A DNA stretch of 64,000 nt from Candidatus Poribacteria bacterium. Lineage in GTDB: Bacteria > Poribacteria > WGA-4E > PCPOR2b. Shown here piece after piece: positions 10,556-21,158 of the stretch (its first letter is position 1; each line of letters starts with the position of its first letter). The stretch is from NCBI GenBank assembly GCA_965208325.1, contig OZ242326.1:3392001-3456000 (forward strand), read 5' to 3'. The notes below the pieces were generated by a model. It was not told the DNA's origin, made no database searches, and worked only from the letters and a program-made list of their open reading frames with translations. Both the position numbers and the translations under genes were made by a program.

Positions 10556-11464
10556 TTGCGTAAATTAACCTTTAGTGCCTTTTTCTTAGTTCTGATTGGA
10601 TCTCTAATACTGCCAACCGTGAGTTTAGCCAGCGAAAACCCCTGCAATCCTTGTGCGGAGGCAGGCGAGGAGCAGGCAAATCCCTGTAACCCGTGCGCGG
10701 CGAATCCGTGCAACCCTTGTAACCCGTGTGCGGCGAATCCATGCAATCCGTGCGCCGCAGGGGCAACGCTGTTCACAATTGACGATGACAGAAACACATT
10801 CACATTTGAATCCAAGGCGCCGTTGGAAAAAATTATCGGCATGAGCAACAAAATTGCAGGGCATGTTCATGTGAACCTCAATGATGTCACCAGCGGCTCA
10901 ATGGCGAAATTTGAGTTGGATCTCGCAAGCATGTCGACAGGGATTGGCCTTCGAGATGAGCACATGCGTGACCAGTTTTTGGAAACGGACAAGTACCCTA
11001 AAGCGGTGCTCACAATAGATAAGGTTACGAAAGCGTCCAGCGATACGTTTATGGATCAAAAGCCGGTAATCCTAGATGCAAAAGGAACGCTAGAGCTGCA
11101 CGGCGTAAAGAATGAGGTGCGCCTCGAAGGTATCTCCGTGACCTTTCTCAAGGAAAATGAACAAACCAATATGAGGCTGCCCGGCGATCTTATACATATT
11201 GACGGCAGCTTTGTATTGAAGCTTTCCGATTTCAATATCAAAAGGCCGCAGTTAGTCCTTCTCAAGTTGGACGACAACATCAAAGTCAGTGTCGATCTTT
11301 TTGGTACAACCGCCAAGATGTCGACGGAAAATCCGTGCAACCCCTGTAACCCGTGCGCGGCGAATCCCTGCAATCCTTGCAACCCATGTGCGGCAAATCC
11401 GTGTAACCCGTGCAATCCTTGCGCGGAAAATCCCTGCAATCCGTGTAACCCGTGCGGCAAATAG
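10556..11464 (+). CDS. secreted YceI-family protein flanked by Cys-rich (NPC)n repeats
   Basis: Signal peptide; YceI motifs [19 protein letters not shown] and LELHGV; 9 N-terminal and 12 C-terminal NPC triplets; RBS AAAGGA. Confidence 0.85.
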   Translation: MRKLTFSAFFLVLIGSLILPTVSLASENPCNPCAEAGEEQANPCNPCAANPCNPCNPCAANPCNPCAAGATLFTIDDDRNTFTFESKAPLEKIIGMSNKIAGHVHVNLNDVTSGSMAKFELDLASMSTGIGLRDEHMRDQFLETDKYPKAVLTIDKVTKASSDTFMDQKPVILDAKGTLELHGVKNEVRLEGISVTFLKENEQTNMRLPGDLIHIDGSFVLKLSDFNIKRPQLVLLKLDDNIKVSVDLFGTTAKMSTENPCNPCNPCAANPCNPCNPCAANPCNPCNPCAENPCNPCNPCGK

Positions 11465-11524
11465 ATAGCAGGCAGCAATCGTGAGAGGCATTAACGCTCT
11501 ACGATTATTACAGTATCGTGTACT

Positions 11525-11597
11525 GGTAACCGTTCAGAACTTTACGGCTATATCCTGACTGAACAGCATCAGCCCCTGAACGGTTACCTATTTTTTT
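11525..11597 (+). terminator. long inverted repeat followed by a T-run
   Basis: GGTAACCGTTCAG (11525-11537) / CTGAACGGTTACC (11576-11588), then TATTTTTTT. Confidence 0.45.
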
Positions 11598-11852
11598 GCC
11601 CTTTCGATTTGCAGATTATAGCCGTTTACATTCATATTTACACACATTCAGATACCACCCTGATAAGGGATCAACTGAGTGGATAGCGAAGGCGATAGTT
11701 TTGGGGGTTGACACCTCTTTTTGATCGGATTGAAGGTAATGTGTAATTTTGAGTTGCGGTGACTATAAGAGCAATCGTCCTGCGCTGCTCAAGATCATTG
11801 CAGCCGGAAGGTGAACTTTAAACTAAAGCGCGTAACACAAACAAGCAAACCA

Positions 11853-12602
11853 ATGGAAACGGAAAAATTCTGGTATTTGAAGCACACTAACATCTTTGCC
11901 GGCATGACGGATGTAGACTTTGGCGATCTAAATCGAATTGCGGACATGGTGCGCTACACTCGCCACGAGCAGGTCCACGGCCGAGACGATTCGGACGATG
12001 TCATCTATCTGATTAAGGAGGGGCGGGTCAAAATCTACAAGCCTTTGCCGGAAGAAAAAGAGCTAACGCTAGCGGTTCTTGAACCGGGGGAAATCTTCGG
12101 GGAGATGGCGATGTTTGAGGAGGAACCGCATGGCACAATCGCAGAGACATTGGATGACACGCTGCTTTGCGTCATACGCCGGCGAGACTTTGGAATCCTG
12201 CTGCGCAAAAGACCGGAGTTGGCAATGCGTACCGCGATTATCGTTGGGGTGAAAAGACGATTTATCGAAAACCGGCTTGAAAATTTGGTGTTTCGGAGTG
12301 TGTCCTCGCGGCTGGCACTGCTGTTGATTGCCTTAGCGGAAAAAGACGGCATCCGCGAAAGCCGGGGAATCACGTTGAACGTAAAACTTTCAGAACAGAA
12401 ACTGGCGCGTTTAACTGCAACTCCACGCGAGACAACCAGCCCGCTTCTCAATGAAATTGAACGCTTGGGGTATATCAAAATTCGGCGTCGCCGAATCAAA
12501 ATTCTTAACCAGTGGGCATTAAAAAAGATTGCAGATGATAGAATGAGAGAATTATCGATTCCGGAAGATCCAGAACCAACAGATGATTTTGCGGGCCTTT
12601 AA
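11853..12602 (+). CDS. Crp/Fnr-family transcriptional regulator
   Basis: cNMP-type domain (IYLIKEGRVK...GEIFGEMA) plus HTH LSEQKLARLTATPRETTS; no Fnr Cys cluster; start approximate. Confidence 0.9.
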   Translation: METEKFWYLKHTNIFAGMTDVDFGDLNRIADMVRYTRHEQVHGRDDSDDVIYLIKEGRVKIYKPLPEEKELTLAVLEPGEIFGEMAMFEEEPHGTIAETLDDTLLCVIRRRDFGILLRKRPELAMRTAIIVGVKRRFIENRLENLVFRSVSSRLALLLIALAEKDGIRESRGITLNVKLSEQKLARLTATPRETTSPLLNEIERLGYIKIRRRRIKILNQWALKKIADDRMRELSIPEDPEPTDDFAGL

Positions 12603-12762
12603 GCCCACCGATGAGCTCTTTTATTCAAGAACCATTCGGAAAAATCCGTTACTGCCAGTTTTTCCTTTGAACTTGCGTTTGACTCGTGTAAGTGGAAGGT
12701 TATCGCGTGAATCCCAGTCTGTAAGTTTTGGGCTGCTTGCTGCGCTTTATTGTAAGACGCTC

Positions 12763-13379
12763 TTAACGCGACGGATCGCCCCCATACTTATTTATTAACG
12801 CGTCAACATAGTCAAGCTTCTGTTGCAGCTCTGCGTCCGAGAGTTGGTTCTCGTCTTCCCACGGAGGAATAATTCCATATTCCTCATTAAGCAAACGTTG
12901 CAGTTCTGGATCAGCTACTATCTCTTCCTCGGTAGCTCCTGCTTTTATGCGAGATCGAACATAATCGTAGAACGGACTAGGACCTGGTGGGGCGCCAGCT
13001 CGTCGGATTCAGTCAGCACAGAATTTATATATTCAAGTGTCCGGTCTATTTCTGGCAAAACGACCTCGTCGGTATGGACGCGTAACCGTTCAAGTTCGGC
13101 GATTTCGAGCGGACTTAATTTCGGCGCAGTTTCTCCCTCGGCGGACACAGATGAAATGGACTTCCGCGTTTCCGTTTTACCTTTCGAGTGTAGAGCAGTA
13201 ATTGGCCGGTTATCCCAATTTTCTGTTTCGGTGTTTGACGTTTGGACAGGCAAGGGTCGGTCATCTATTGACTGTTTAAATTTTAGTCAATCTCAACGAG
13301 TGTTAACGACAACCGCCGCAACTATTGTGATTGAGACTATTGCCGACAGAACCAAGGTAGTCCGTGTAGGTCTAATCAT
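12763..13379 (-). pseudogene. disrupted membrane-anchored hypothetical, paralog of 17892-18551
   Basis: ATG 13379 is in frame with ORF 12945-13253 through two TGA codons (…NTR*D*LKFK…); after a frameshift it continues PFYDYVRSRIKAGATEEEIVADPELQRL. Confidence 0.6.
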
Positions 13380-13405
13380 AATTATACATCTCACATTTGT
13401 GAAAA

Positions 13406-14509
13406 CTACGGGTTGACCGCGAGCCAAGGATCCGTATCACGCAGTAAACGAAGTAATTCTGCGTCTTCTTCGATTTCCTCCCACTGTCCCTCCGCAAGCA
13501 GGTGTTGATAAGCATAGTTAGATGCAGGATCCCGTTTTATAGCCGCCAATGTCGTAGTATATTGGTTGTCCAATTCGGAAGGAATCAACGCCAATACTTG
13601 CCGTATTTCCGAGCGCAATTCCGTCAGTTTGGGCAACGTCCGGTTTTCAATCGTTTGCACGGCCAGTGCATATGTGCGCAAAACTTCCGCATCGCTCATA
13701 CCATCGTTTTTCATTTCTTCATATGATTCTCTCGTCGTATCTAGAACTGCCGACATTGGCGGTATATCATCGAAGTTTAGAGCGAACGGTAAATCCCATA
13801 GACGCGATGCAATTGGGGGCTCCGATTCGGACAATTCTACCGGGACCGACTCCCTTGACAAGGCTTGCTTAATCTGATTAAGTTCTTGTATAGCATCCCC
13901 CGCGTGCACGTCAAGAACTTCCAATTCGCCCCTCCAATACCGAATGTGATTCTGGTAGTAATTGAGCATCAATCTATATTTTACCAGGTATTTGCGAATC
14001 CGTTCTATTGTCTCGCGTTGCCGAGAGATGTCGCCGCGTTTGTATTTAGCATCGTCGCGATAGTCTTGAAGTTGATCCGCCTGCATTTTCTCGATTGATG
14101 CCACCTTCCAATCCGGGGCGGTCTTCTTCAACTCTTTCAACTCCTTTTTGAATTCATCTCTCGTATTGACAATTGCGTTATTAATGTCGGTTAATTCGTT
14201 TTCCAATAAACTCAATTGTTCTAGGTTGCTAGCCATATCACTTTCTTCGGTTGTTACCGATTTTTGCTGGATTTTTATCGTACCCTCTGTCATATGGACA
14301 ATGAATTTCGCTATACGAAACTTTTCATCAATACTATCGTAAATTAATACGGCGTCAATTACATCTAGCATATCGTATTTGTCATGATTCGGAGGGTAAA
14401 ACCGAGACACAATCAAAAGAGCAACAATTATAAACGATACTCCTACGATCAGATAACGCGGTCGCTTGAGATTCGTTATCACACTTCGATTCCCATGCGT
14501 TTCATTCAT
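13406..14509 (-). CDS. membrane-anchored coiled-coil hypothetical protein
   Basis: 367-aa ORF, RBS AGGAGGAG, N-terminal TM, heptad-rich body. Confidence 0.7.
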   Translation of the reverse strand: MNETHGNRSVITNLKRPRYLIVGVSFIIVALLIVSRFYPPNHDKYDMLDVIDAVLIYDSIDEKFRIAKFIVHMTEGTIKIQQKSVTTEESDMASNLEQLSLLENELTDINNAIVNTRDEFKKELKELKKTAPDWKVASIEKMQADQLQDYRDDAKYKRGDISRQRETIERIRKYLVKYRLMLNYYQNHIRYWRGELEVLDVHAGDAIQELNQIKQALSRESVPVELSESEPPIASRLWDLPFALNFDDIPPMSAVLDTTRESYEEMKNDGMSDAEVLRTYALAVQTIENRTLPKLTELRSEIRQVLALIPSELDNQYTTTLAAIKRDPASNYAYQHLLAEGQWEEIEEDAELLRLLRDTDPWLAVNP

Positions 14510-14732
14510 TGATCTCTCCTCCTGTCATGTGTTAAACCGGTAATCCGCAAAAATGTTGAATGTCATTCCGATTGCCAATGTAGGCTCTCTTTTTGGCGAC
14601 CTATTCCCGCCGGTCTGTAGTACTGTCTTTGTCGCAATCCCTGTGGTACCGTCGAAACGCCGTCAAAGTTTGAAATGAGAACAACTACGACATTCGAAGG
14701 TATCGAAATCACGACTCTGGGATGTTCTCTCT

Positions 14733-14978
14733 CTAAAATAAACGGGAAAGTTGTTCCTTTAGGTATTGTTTGATGTTAATACGCCGATTCAACACTTCCT
14801 CCGGTTGATTAATCTTCCATGCCAAAAGCGCAAAATATCCGCACGTGACGAGAACAAAAACCCAAGTTATCAGGCGAGCAATTGGACTGTATTCGCCGCT
14901 GTTAGAACTTACAATCCAATCTATGCTGCAGAAACTCAGGAAAATTGCCACGAAAACTTCTAAAGGTTTCAAATTCAC
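14733..14978 (-). CDS. small two-TM hypothetical protein
   Basis: 81-aa ORF after AAGGAGG with two hydrophobic segments. Confidence 0.45.
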   Translation of the reverse strand: MNLKPLEVFVAIFLSFCSIDWIVSSNSGEYSPIARLITWVFVLVTCGYFALLAWKINQPEEVLNRRINIKQYLKEQLSRLF

Positions 14979-15157
14979 AGTTGCCTCCTTTGCTCTGCCA
15001 ACAGACGGTATGCTGTAGCGTTAGACTTACGACGCTTGGAATTAACCGCCATTTATTCTCATTGAAAACTGGAAAAAACTGCAAACTGCGATGCGTCGAA
15101 CATTGGCAACGTTATTCAGCGGTTTTTTTATTGGATTGTTCTCTTTTCGAGACGGGA

Positions 15158-15538
15158 TTAAAACCATGAGGCAATTTTTTCAAACTCACTAATGGACTCC
15201 TTGGTCTTCTCGTACGCCTCCTCGAGGATTTGGTACGCCTCCTTGAGACTGTTGTTTTCATTGATGTGCGGTTTAGTCTTATTCATCAATTTTTTTAATC
15301 TCTTAAGGTTCGACTTCTCAATCTTAATAATTTTGGCGTAAGTATCCCGTAGGCCCTTTAATTCTTTGCGTGATTGGCCCGCAAATGGCCCCTCTTTAAT
15401 TATCTCCCGATCAATTTCAGTGCGGACCGAGATTACCACAATTGCTCCCGCTAAAACTAAATTTAGCAGCACGGAACCGATAACGAGAATTGTTGGCGGC
15501 GTTATTGTGGTAATGGAGGCGGTCTTTCGGTTGTTCAT
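15158..15538 (-). CDS. membrane-anchored hypothetical protein
   Basis: ATG 15538 after GAGGAG; TM followed by a Lys/Glu-rich helix. Confidence 0.55.
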   Translation of the reverse strand: MNNRKTASITTITPPTILVIGSVLLNLVLAGAIVVISVRTEIDREIIKEGPFAGQSRKELKGLRDTYAKIIKIEKSNLKRLKKLMNKTKPHINENNSLKEAYQILEEAYEKTKESISEFEKIASWF

Positions 15539-15770
15539 AGGTAGGTCTCCTCTCCCCATTTCTTCCGGTGATAGCTTCTGGAACAGTATTTGCGGATACT
15601 GCATAAGATGCACATAATTAAACTCAATACGATTTTACCGATACTTAGCTAAATATCTGTCCGATTTGTTGTGCACACATCGTCCCAGAGTATTGATTCA
15701 TTCGGATAATACAGAGTGCGATAACGGCACCTTTAAGTTTCCGCATTAAGGCGTTAATGCTGTTCTGCCG

Positions 15771-16466
15771 TCATTGAAGCTTGCCGTTTTTGTCGAATGT
15801 GTCCACAACGCCGTCGCCCTGTGCGTTGATGCTCATCGAAACGACACCTTTGCTTTTGCCGGAAAAACTGACAATCCCTCCATTCTCACTCACGCCTAGA
15901 ACAGCCTTGGGTTTACCGTCGTTTCCCGCCAAGATAACGCGCCCGGCGTCTTCATCGACGCCAAACACCGCCGCCGAACGCCCATCTTTGCCAAAAGCAT
16001 GCACGAGTCCGCCGTCGTCACCGATGGAGAGCGCCGCTTGTGAACCCCCATCTTTACCGAATACTGTTGCATTTCCGCCATGGTCGCTGATTGACAGCGA
16101 TGCAGCTGATTCGCCGTCTTTACCATACGCGTCGACGCGACCGCCATGTTCAGTAATCAGAAGTATTGCGTTCGATTTGCTATCGTTGCCATAAGCGCGG
16201 ACAAATCCCCCATGCTCCATCGTTCCAATCGACGCTTTTACCTTTCCATCTTTTCCGTATGCGGAAATTCGTCCGACGTGATTGTCGACACTAAGCTGAA
16301 CTAACGTGTTGCCGTCTTCGTCTACCACGCGCAAATTGGTACACTCAATCTCGCCAACCTTATCCTTGTGTGCCGTTGCCGGCGACAGTACCATGCCGAG
16401 AGCCGCGAACATAAATCCGATTGCCGCATAAGCCAACTTAATTTGCCAGTTTTCCCGACTGAACAC
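15771..16466 (-). CDS. exported protein with ~22-aa beta-hairpin repeats
   Basis: N-terminal TM/signal; 7-8 repeats of GGxVxA(Y/F)GKDGxxxAxLxIxxx; GTG start inferred. Confidence 0.7.
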   Translation of the reverse strand: MFSRENWQIKLAYAAIGFMFAALGMVLSPATAHKDKVGEIECTNLRVVDEDGNTLVQLSVDNHVGRISAYGKDGKVKASIGTMEHGGFVRAYGNDSKSNAILLITEHGGRVDAYGKDGESAASLSISDHGGNATVFGKDGGSQAALSIGDDGGLVHAFGKDGRSAAVFGVDEDAGRVILAGNDGKPKAVLGVSENGGIVSFSGKSKGVVSMSINAQGDGVVDTFDKNGKLQ

Positions 16467-17435
16467 TTTGCCTTCCCCTTTCCGGTTAGGTTGATTACAA
16501 ATCATCGCGTTCATTGCATCGCCCATACACATCGGGTTTTCATATACATCAAGCCCGAAAACGTCCGAAATTTGTCCAATAATGCGAGGTCAATTCTTGA
16601 TCTCCGATTTTCAGTGATGACGAGCAAAATCATCAATATCGTCTCAAGCGGCCGATGTGTTCAAACGCAAAACGATGCAATCGATAGCGCTAACACATTG
16701 TACCCAAAACAACCTTTATTCGTCCAGATGCCACTGTTACTCATATGGCGGTGCCTACGCGTCTAATGCCGCTTTCAATGGTAACACAGAATGGGGTAGG
16801 TGTCGACCAGAATTCGCCAATCCGCGGGGAAATCATCGGTAGTTAGGCAGAGAGATGCGTATGGGATGAGTTTTTTGATTCGTGGCGCGATGCCATTTAC
16901 ATTTATGATACCGCGATATTGGACGGGAAAATCCTTGCGGTTGGTTACAATATGACAGCCTATCTTCCGGAGACTTAGGGTGTTTCCGGTAATCATACCA
17001 TATAAGTAATACCTAAGGGATGTTCCGATAGCCTTGGCTGATACTGCTTTGAATGACGCACACTCGCCCGCGTCCATAATTCAAAGATGATAATATTGCC
17101 CGAGAACGTGAGATTTACCGATTTGGGGAATGAGACCGGCATACCCGTAAATCCAGTGTCAATGTGTAGGCCAAGACAACGTTTCAAATGCACAATAGTA
17201 CTGCTTGAGGGATGGTTTTTCGCTTTGGCATTAAGGGCGAACGCCTAGGAGAGTATATCAAGCTGTCAGAGGGGGCGCGAATTGGAATTATATCAGGGCA
17301 GTGCTGGGACCTGACGCAGCTGTCAGGAATGAGATGGGAAGAATGCCATCAGATTTGCTCTAGGAGATTTTGGATTGAATTGGGGTGACCAAATTAACAC
17401 ATTTGAAACATACTGCGTACAACGACGGGTTATTG

Positions 17436-17805
17436 TTAACGTGTTTCGTGAATTGCCTGATGAATCAAGAGCCATGTATTGTCGGCTTTCCACTTCCTAA
17501 TATAGTAATAGACGGTTTGCCACGGTGGCATATCGTATGGTAGCATTCGCCACTGGCAACCGGACTTAACGACATAAAAGATGGCATTGACGATTAAGCA
17601 CATCTCCCATTTCAGACGTCTACCAAATAGTTGAAGGGTTCGCAGAAACGCGGACTGTTTCTGCCATTGTACATCGGTCAAATCACTAGGGTAACGCGTG
17701 CGGTTCATGTTTACTCCTTTCATTGGTGCGGAATCAACTACTCCAATGAGTAAACGTAAACCTCAACCGTCCAGACATCTTGTTTCTTTTTCAAACAAGC
17801 TCTAA
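17436..17805 (-). mobile_element. truncated IS5-family element (left end plus transposase N-terminus)
   Basis: YPSDLTDVQW...NAIFYVVKSGCQWRMLP..PPWQTVYYY (DUF4096-type); end sequence TTA|GAGCTTGTTTGAAA at 17805-17789; DDE part missing. Confidence 0.85.
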
Positions 17806-17836
17806 ATCAGCACACCATGTAAAGACAAAAATCACT

Positions 17837-17866
17837 AGCCGAGAGTGCATAATCACGCTCCCGGCT
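17837..17866 (-). terminator. possible intrinsic terminator for the 18592/17892 genes
   Basis: Imperfect hairpin AGCCGGGAGCGTG...CACTCTCGGCT with a T-rich tail on the minus strand. Confidence 0.4.
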
Positions 17867-17891
17867 TTAGATTAAATTGTGAATGACTATG

Positions 17892-18551
17892 CTAATCATC
17901 GCCACTATTAACTGACGCCGCACCAAACAACGATTCAGACTCACTAATCCGCTCTCTAGACAACCTGAAGCGTTCTTCTGAATCCTTGAGAACCTTATCG
18001 ACCCCTGTCTCTTGGTTAAGCATATCGTTAGAGAGTTGGATAAACCTTGAATCGTTCATTAACTGTTCAGCGCTCCAGCCTGCTTCGATTAGTGGACGTG
18101 CATAGTCGAATACTGGATGATTCATTGTGTGCGTTGTTGTGTCTGGGATACTAGATAGTAACGCTTTGATTTCGGATTTCATCTCAACGACCGCATCCTT
18201 ATCTATCTTAGCCATTAACGCATAAACCTCAGCTTTGGCTTGGTCAATGGTCAGACCATAAAGAGGATGGTCAAGGGGTACATTATCAATTACTTTACCT
18301 GATGCATTCTCTAATGTGTCTGTCTCCATTTCAGCATCCTGTGTTTGGGTTAGTATACCCTCGACAATAACACTTTGTGTTGTGGTGGATATAGGCGCAC
18401 TTTTTTGAGTTTCACGCTGAGTATTTGCCACAACGTTAAATTCGGACATCTCTTTATCGAATTGTTGTCTATCGAATTTAAAATAAACAACACAAGAGAC
18501 AACAAACACTAAACTAAACAACATTATCGCTAACAACCATCTTTTTGACAT
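17892..18551 (-). CDS. membrane-anchored hypothetical protein (AT-richer island)
   Basis: RBS AAAGGAG, N-terminal TM, motif VFDYARPLIEAGWSAEQLMND. Confidence 0.7.
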   Translation of the reverse strand: MSKRWLLAIMLFSLVFVVSCVVYFKFDRQQFDKEMSEFNVVANTQRETQKSAPISTTTQSVIVEGILTQTQDAEMETDTLENASGKVIDNVPLDHPLYGLTIDQAKAEVYALMAKIDKDAVVEMKSEIKALLSSIPDTTTHTMNHPVFDYARPLIEAGWSAEQLMNDSRFIQLSNDMLNQETGVDKVLKDSEERFRLSRERISESESLFGAASVNSGDD

Positions 18552-18591
18552 GACTAATCTCCTTTCGCTAATTGTAACAGAGTTAGTTAAG

Positions 18592-19242
18592 TTATGGCAA
18601 CCTACCTCTAGCGTCCTCTATATCTTCTATGAGTTGGTCAGCTTCGTCAAGCAAGCCGCTTAACTTTCCTTTGACGGCGTCAAGATGGCGCATCGCCATA
18701 TCGTGATTGAGTTGAGTAAAAATGTAATGGTTCTGTGCTACTCTTACTACTGTTTGCTGATGTGATATTTCCCAACGTTTATTGATCCCCCTTAGAATTT
18801 CAGCTTGGATTTGAGCATTTAAGGAGGCAATCTCAGCTTCTAGTCTCCACAATGTACTCGGTGAGACAGCATCCTTTAGCTCCTCAGCCTTTTGGTCTCT
18901 TGTAGCTTCAAGAGAATCCATTCTGTCTTCTATAGCGTTCAATTCAGCTATAAGCGTTGACAATTTACCTACAGCGTCTTGCCATGCTTCGTATGCGGTG
19001 TTACGTTGTGCACGTGCAGCCTGCTCTTGGGCGTTAGCACTATCCACATCGTCTTTAGCCTGCTTTATCTTGTCGGCTAATGTTTCTTGTTTTTTCAAAA
19101 GCTCACGTATTTCATTCCAAATAATCGGAATCCAAGTCAAAGGATTATTTGGTGTGGGTGGAGTTTGAGAGATTGCTATTAAAACAACACAAAACAATAA
19201 AATTAAACTAATCACGACCAATGTGCTACGCTTACTAATCAT
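18592..19242 (-). CDS. exported coiled-coil hypothetical protein
   Basis: ATG 19242 after AAGGAG; signal/TM then long heptads; TTGACC-17-TATCGT lies upstream. Confidence 0.7.
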   Translation of the reverse strand: MISKRSTLVVISLILLFCVVLIAISQTPPTPNNPLTWIPIIWNEIRELLKKQETLADKIKQAKDDVDSANAQEQAARAQRNTAYEAWQDAVGKLSTLIAELNAIEDRMDSLEATRDQKAEELKDAVSPSTLWRLEAEIASLNAQIQAEILRGINKRWEISHQQTVVRVAQNHYIFTQLNHDMAMRHLDAVKGKLSGLLDEADQLIEDIEDARGRLP

Positions 19243-19415
19243 GTCATTCTCCTTATTGTTTTTGTGGTGAATTGGTACATCAACGATATACAGAATTACG
19301 CCATAGGTCAATAAGAAAACAAAAAACTTTCAAAAAAATACAAAATCAGACATCTTTCCAAAATAGATTTATGTAGTTGAAGTAATCTTGGGGAATAGAA
19401 TAACTACCCTATTTG

Positions 19416-19690
19416 TCAACTTGTCGAGGCGTGTCTCAAGTTAACAATGGCAGCAATCACATTCCATGTTTTACCATAGTTGCGATGTTTGCCTTGATAG
19501 ATGTCTTTGGTGATGCGAAAAATCTTACACCATCTGACGATATGCTCAATGGCAATCCTGTGTGTTGCCAATTGTCGGTTGAATCGCTTTGCCTCCGGAG
19601 TCAAGGGCTTGCTCCGATATGCCTTGATAACCCCTGTCAGCAAACCTCTCGGTTTCAGGGGAAATTGCTAGACGGCTTTCGGCTAGCATA
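19416..19690 (-). mobile_element. IS5-family (ISL2/DDE_Tnp_4-like) transposase C-terminal remnant
   Basis: ADRGYQG then a frameshift into KPLTPEAKRFNRQLATHRIAIEHIVRWCKIFRI. Confidence 0.75.
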
Positions 19691-20329
19691 TGGTGTCAAG
19701 GAAAAATGAATGCATGGTGCAACTATATCCAAAAATTTTTGCATCGTGTGACCTAGCGCAAGATAAATTTCAGCCAAGAAAGTCTACGGGAAGCAGTCAA
19801 ATCGGGGCAAGCGACTTCTTGTATTGTTTCGCTAGCCCCGTATTCGCGGAAATGCAATTAAGAGTTATTAGTGGTGTAGAAAAGGTTGGCAACAATCTGG
19901 TGCGATAGGCGATTCGGACGGTTACAACAAAAGGCGGGTACTGTTATTTCTCACTGGGGAATAAGTCGCGACTCCAGTGGAAATTGAGTGAGAGATAGAC
20001 GGAATGAATGCTGAACGACGGTGGTGCTGGTGCAATGGAGGAATGATAACGCCAGGGTTGGATATGTTTTGGGCAAATTACCGTAACGGCGCGATGATTT
20101 GCGCGATGGTTTGAATGAGTGGCTCGGTGGGTGGCAATAATTATTGTCTTGCCCGTTGTCGGCAGCGAGTAGAACTGTGCCTTCCAACATAGCGAGTATG
20201 GGGTGGGATCGAATCCCGAAGCAATTCAGGGTTTACTGCTCCGGGATTCGTTTTCGAGGAACCCGAAAACGACGCTTCAAAGCCTTCTGAGACTTTATCC
20301 TGAAGCATGCTCTCTCTAAACATCTCGGT

Positions 20330-20515
20330 TTACCGCTCTAATACCTTCTCAAGCAATAGATGTAGCTCAAGACTCAGCGAATTTCTGTTCTTCGTGGCTC
20401 TTGCCCGAAGCCGGTCGTAAAGTCTTGGCTCCAGGCGGCACCGAAATGGAACAGGTTCCTCCTCAAAAATCTTTTGACGCGAGGTTCTCCTTGCGCCGGT
20501 TGTTCGTTTTTTCAT
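20330..20515 (-). CDS. Arc-like ribbon-helix-helix DNA-binding protein
   Basis: FRCRLEPRLYDRLRARATKNRNSLSLELHLLLE; RBS AAGGAG. Confidence 0.7.
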   Translation of the reverse strand: MKKRTTGARRTSRQKIFEEEPVPFRCRLEPRLYDRLRARATKNRNSLSLELHLLLEKVLER

Positions 20516-20558
20516 TTGCTCTCCTTTTGGCAAATGTGATTGGTACAACTATAACCAA

Positions 20559-20587
20559 ATTATACTGAAATTAGTACATTATGTCAA
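20559..20587 (-). promoter_or_regulatory. consensus sigma70 promoter of the Arc-like gene
   Basis: Minus-strand TTGACA-17 bp-TATAAT. Confidence 0.7.
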
Positions 20588-20879
20588 GTGAAAATGGCGT
20601 CATGATTTTACATTACTGAGGGTTCATTTAATTGATTGGGTTACCGGTAACTCAATATTAGTCATCGAATGTAATCTAGATATTTACCACGGCAGCCGCA
20701 AAAAGTAAAACGCGCTAGTTTGATCGCTGTTGGAACAACTTTTGGTATTGATGTAGATTTGGTTTCCTTCTAATTTTAGCTGGGACAACGGCTCAAGACA
20801 ATACTACGAACAGATTTGCAGTTACGACTCATCAGCAAGGCCTGAAAATATGCCGAAGGAAAGTCTCACTCGACAATTC

Positions 20880-21158
20880 TATACGCTAAATAATAGTGGG
20901 CCGATGGTTGTAACCGCTCGTTATTTGACAGCTTCATTTTAGCTGCACCGAATAACTCTATACGAGTTAAACTCGAAGGTGCTCACTTACTAGACGTGGC
21001 GCCCACACTTCTTGAGTTGGGTGGATTATGATATACCCTCATCAATGCAAGGCAAATCTCTCGTGACAGGTTTCGGCGCAAAAGATAGTTTGAATAACCC
21101 GCTCGAAGAGGAGACGCTGATTTCAGTGCGGCTCAAGGCGTTGGGATACATGTCGTAG
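20880..21158 (+). pseudogene. alkaline phosphatase/nucleotide pyrophosphatase-superfamily C-terminal remnant
   Basis: Frameshifted segments LEGAHLLDVAPTLLELGG / YDIPSSMQGKSL...RLKALGYMS*. Confidence 0.7.

Noticed and set aside
10432..11478. Antisense ORFs with HGLQG/HGLHG repeats
   Set aside because: Mirror translation of the NPC repeats; the + strand has the RBS, signal peptide and YceI motifs
13287..13295. TGA recoding (Trp/Sec) in the 13379 ORF
   Set aside because: TGA terminates many genuine genes in this window and the same ORF also has a frameshift; pseudogenisation is simpler
16775..17193. Possible PIN-domain remnant (DAGE, IVTNRKDF)
   Set aside because: Motifs are too weak and fragmented to support a call
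17380..17410. ATTTGAAAC resembling a CRISPR repeat end
   Set aside because: Single occurrence, no array
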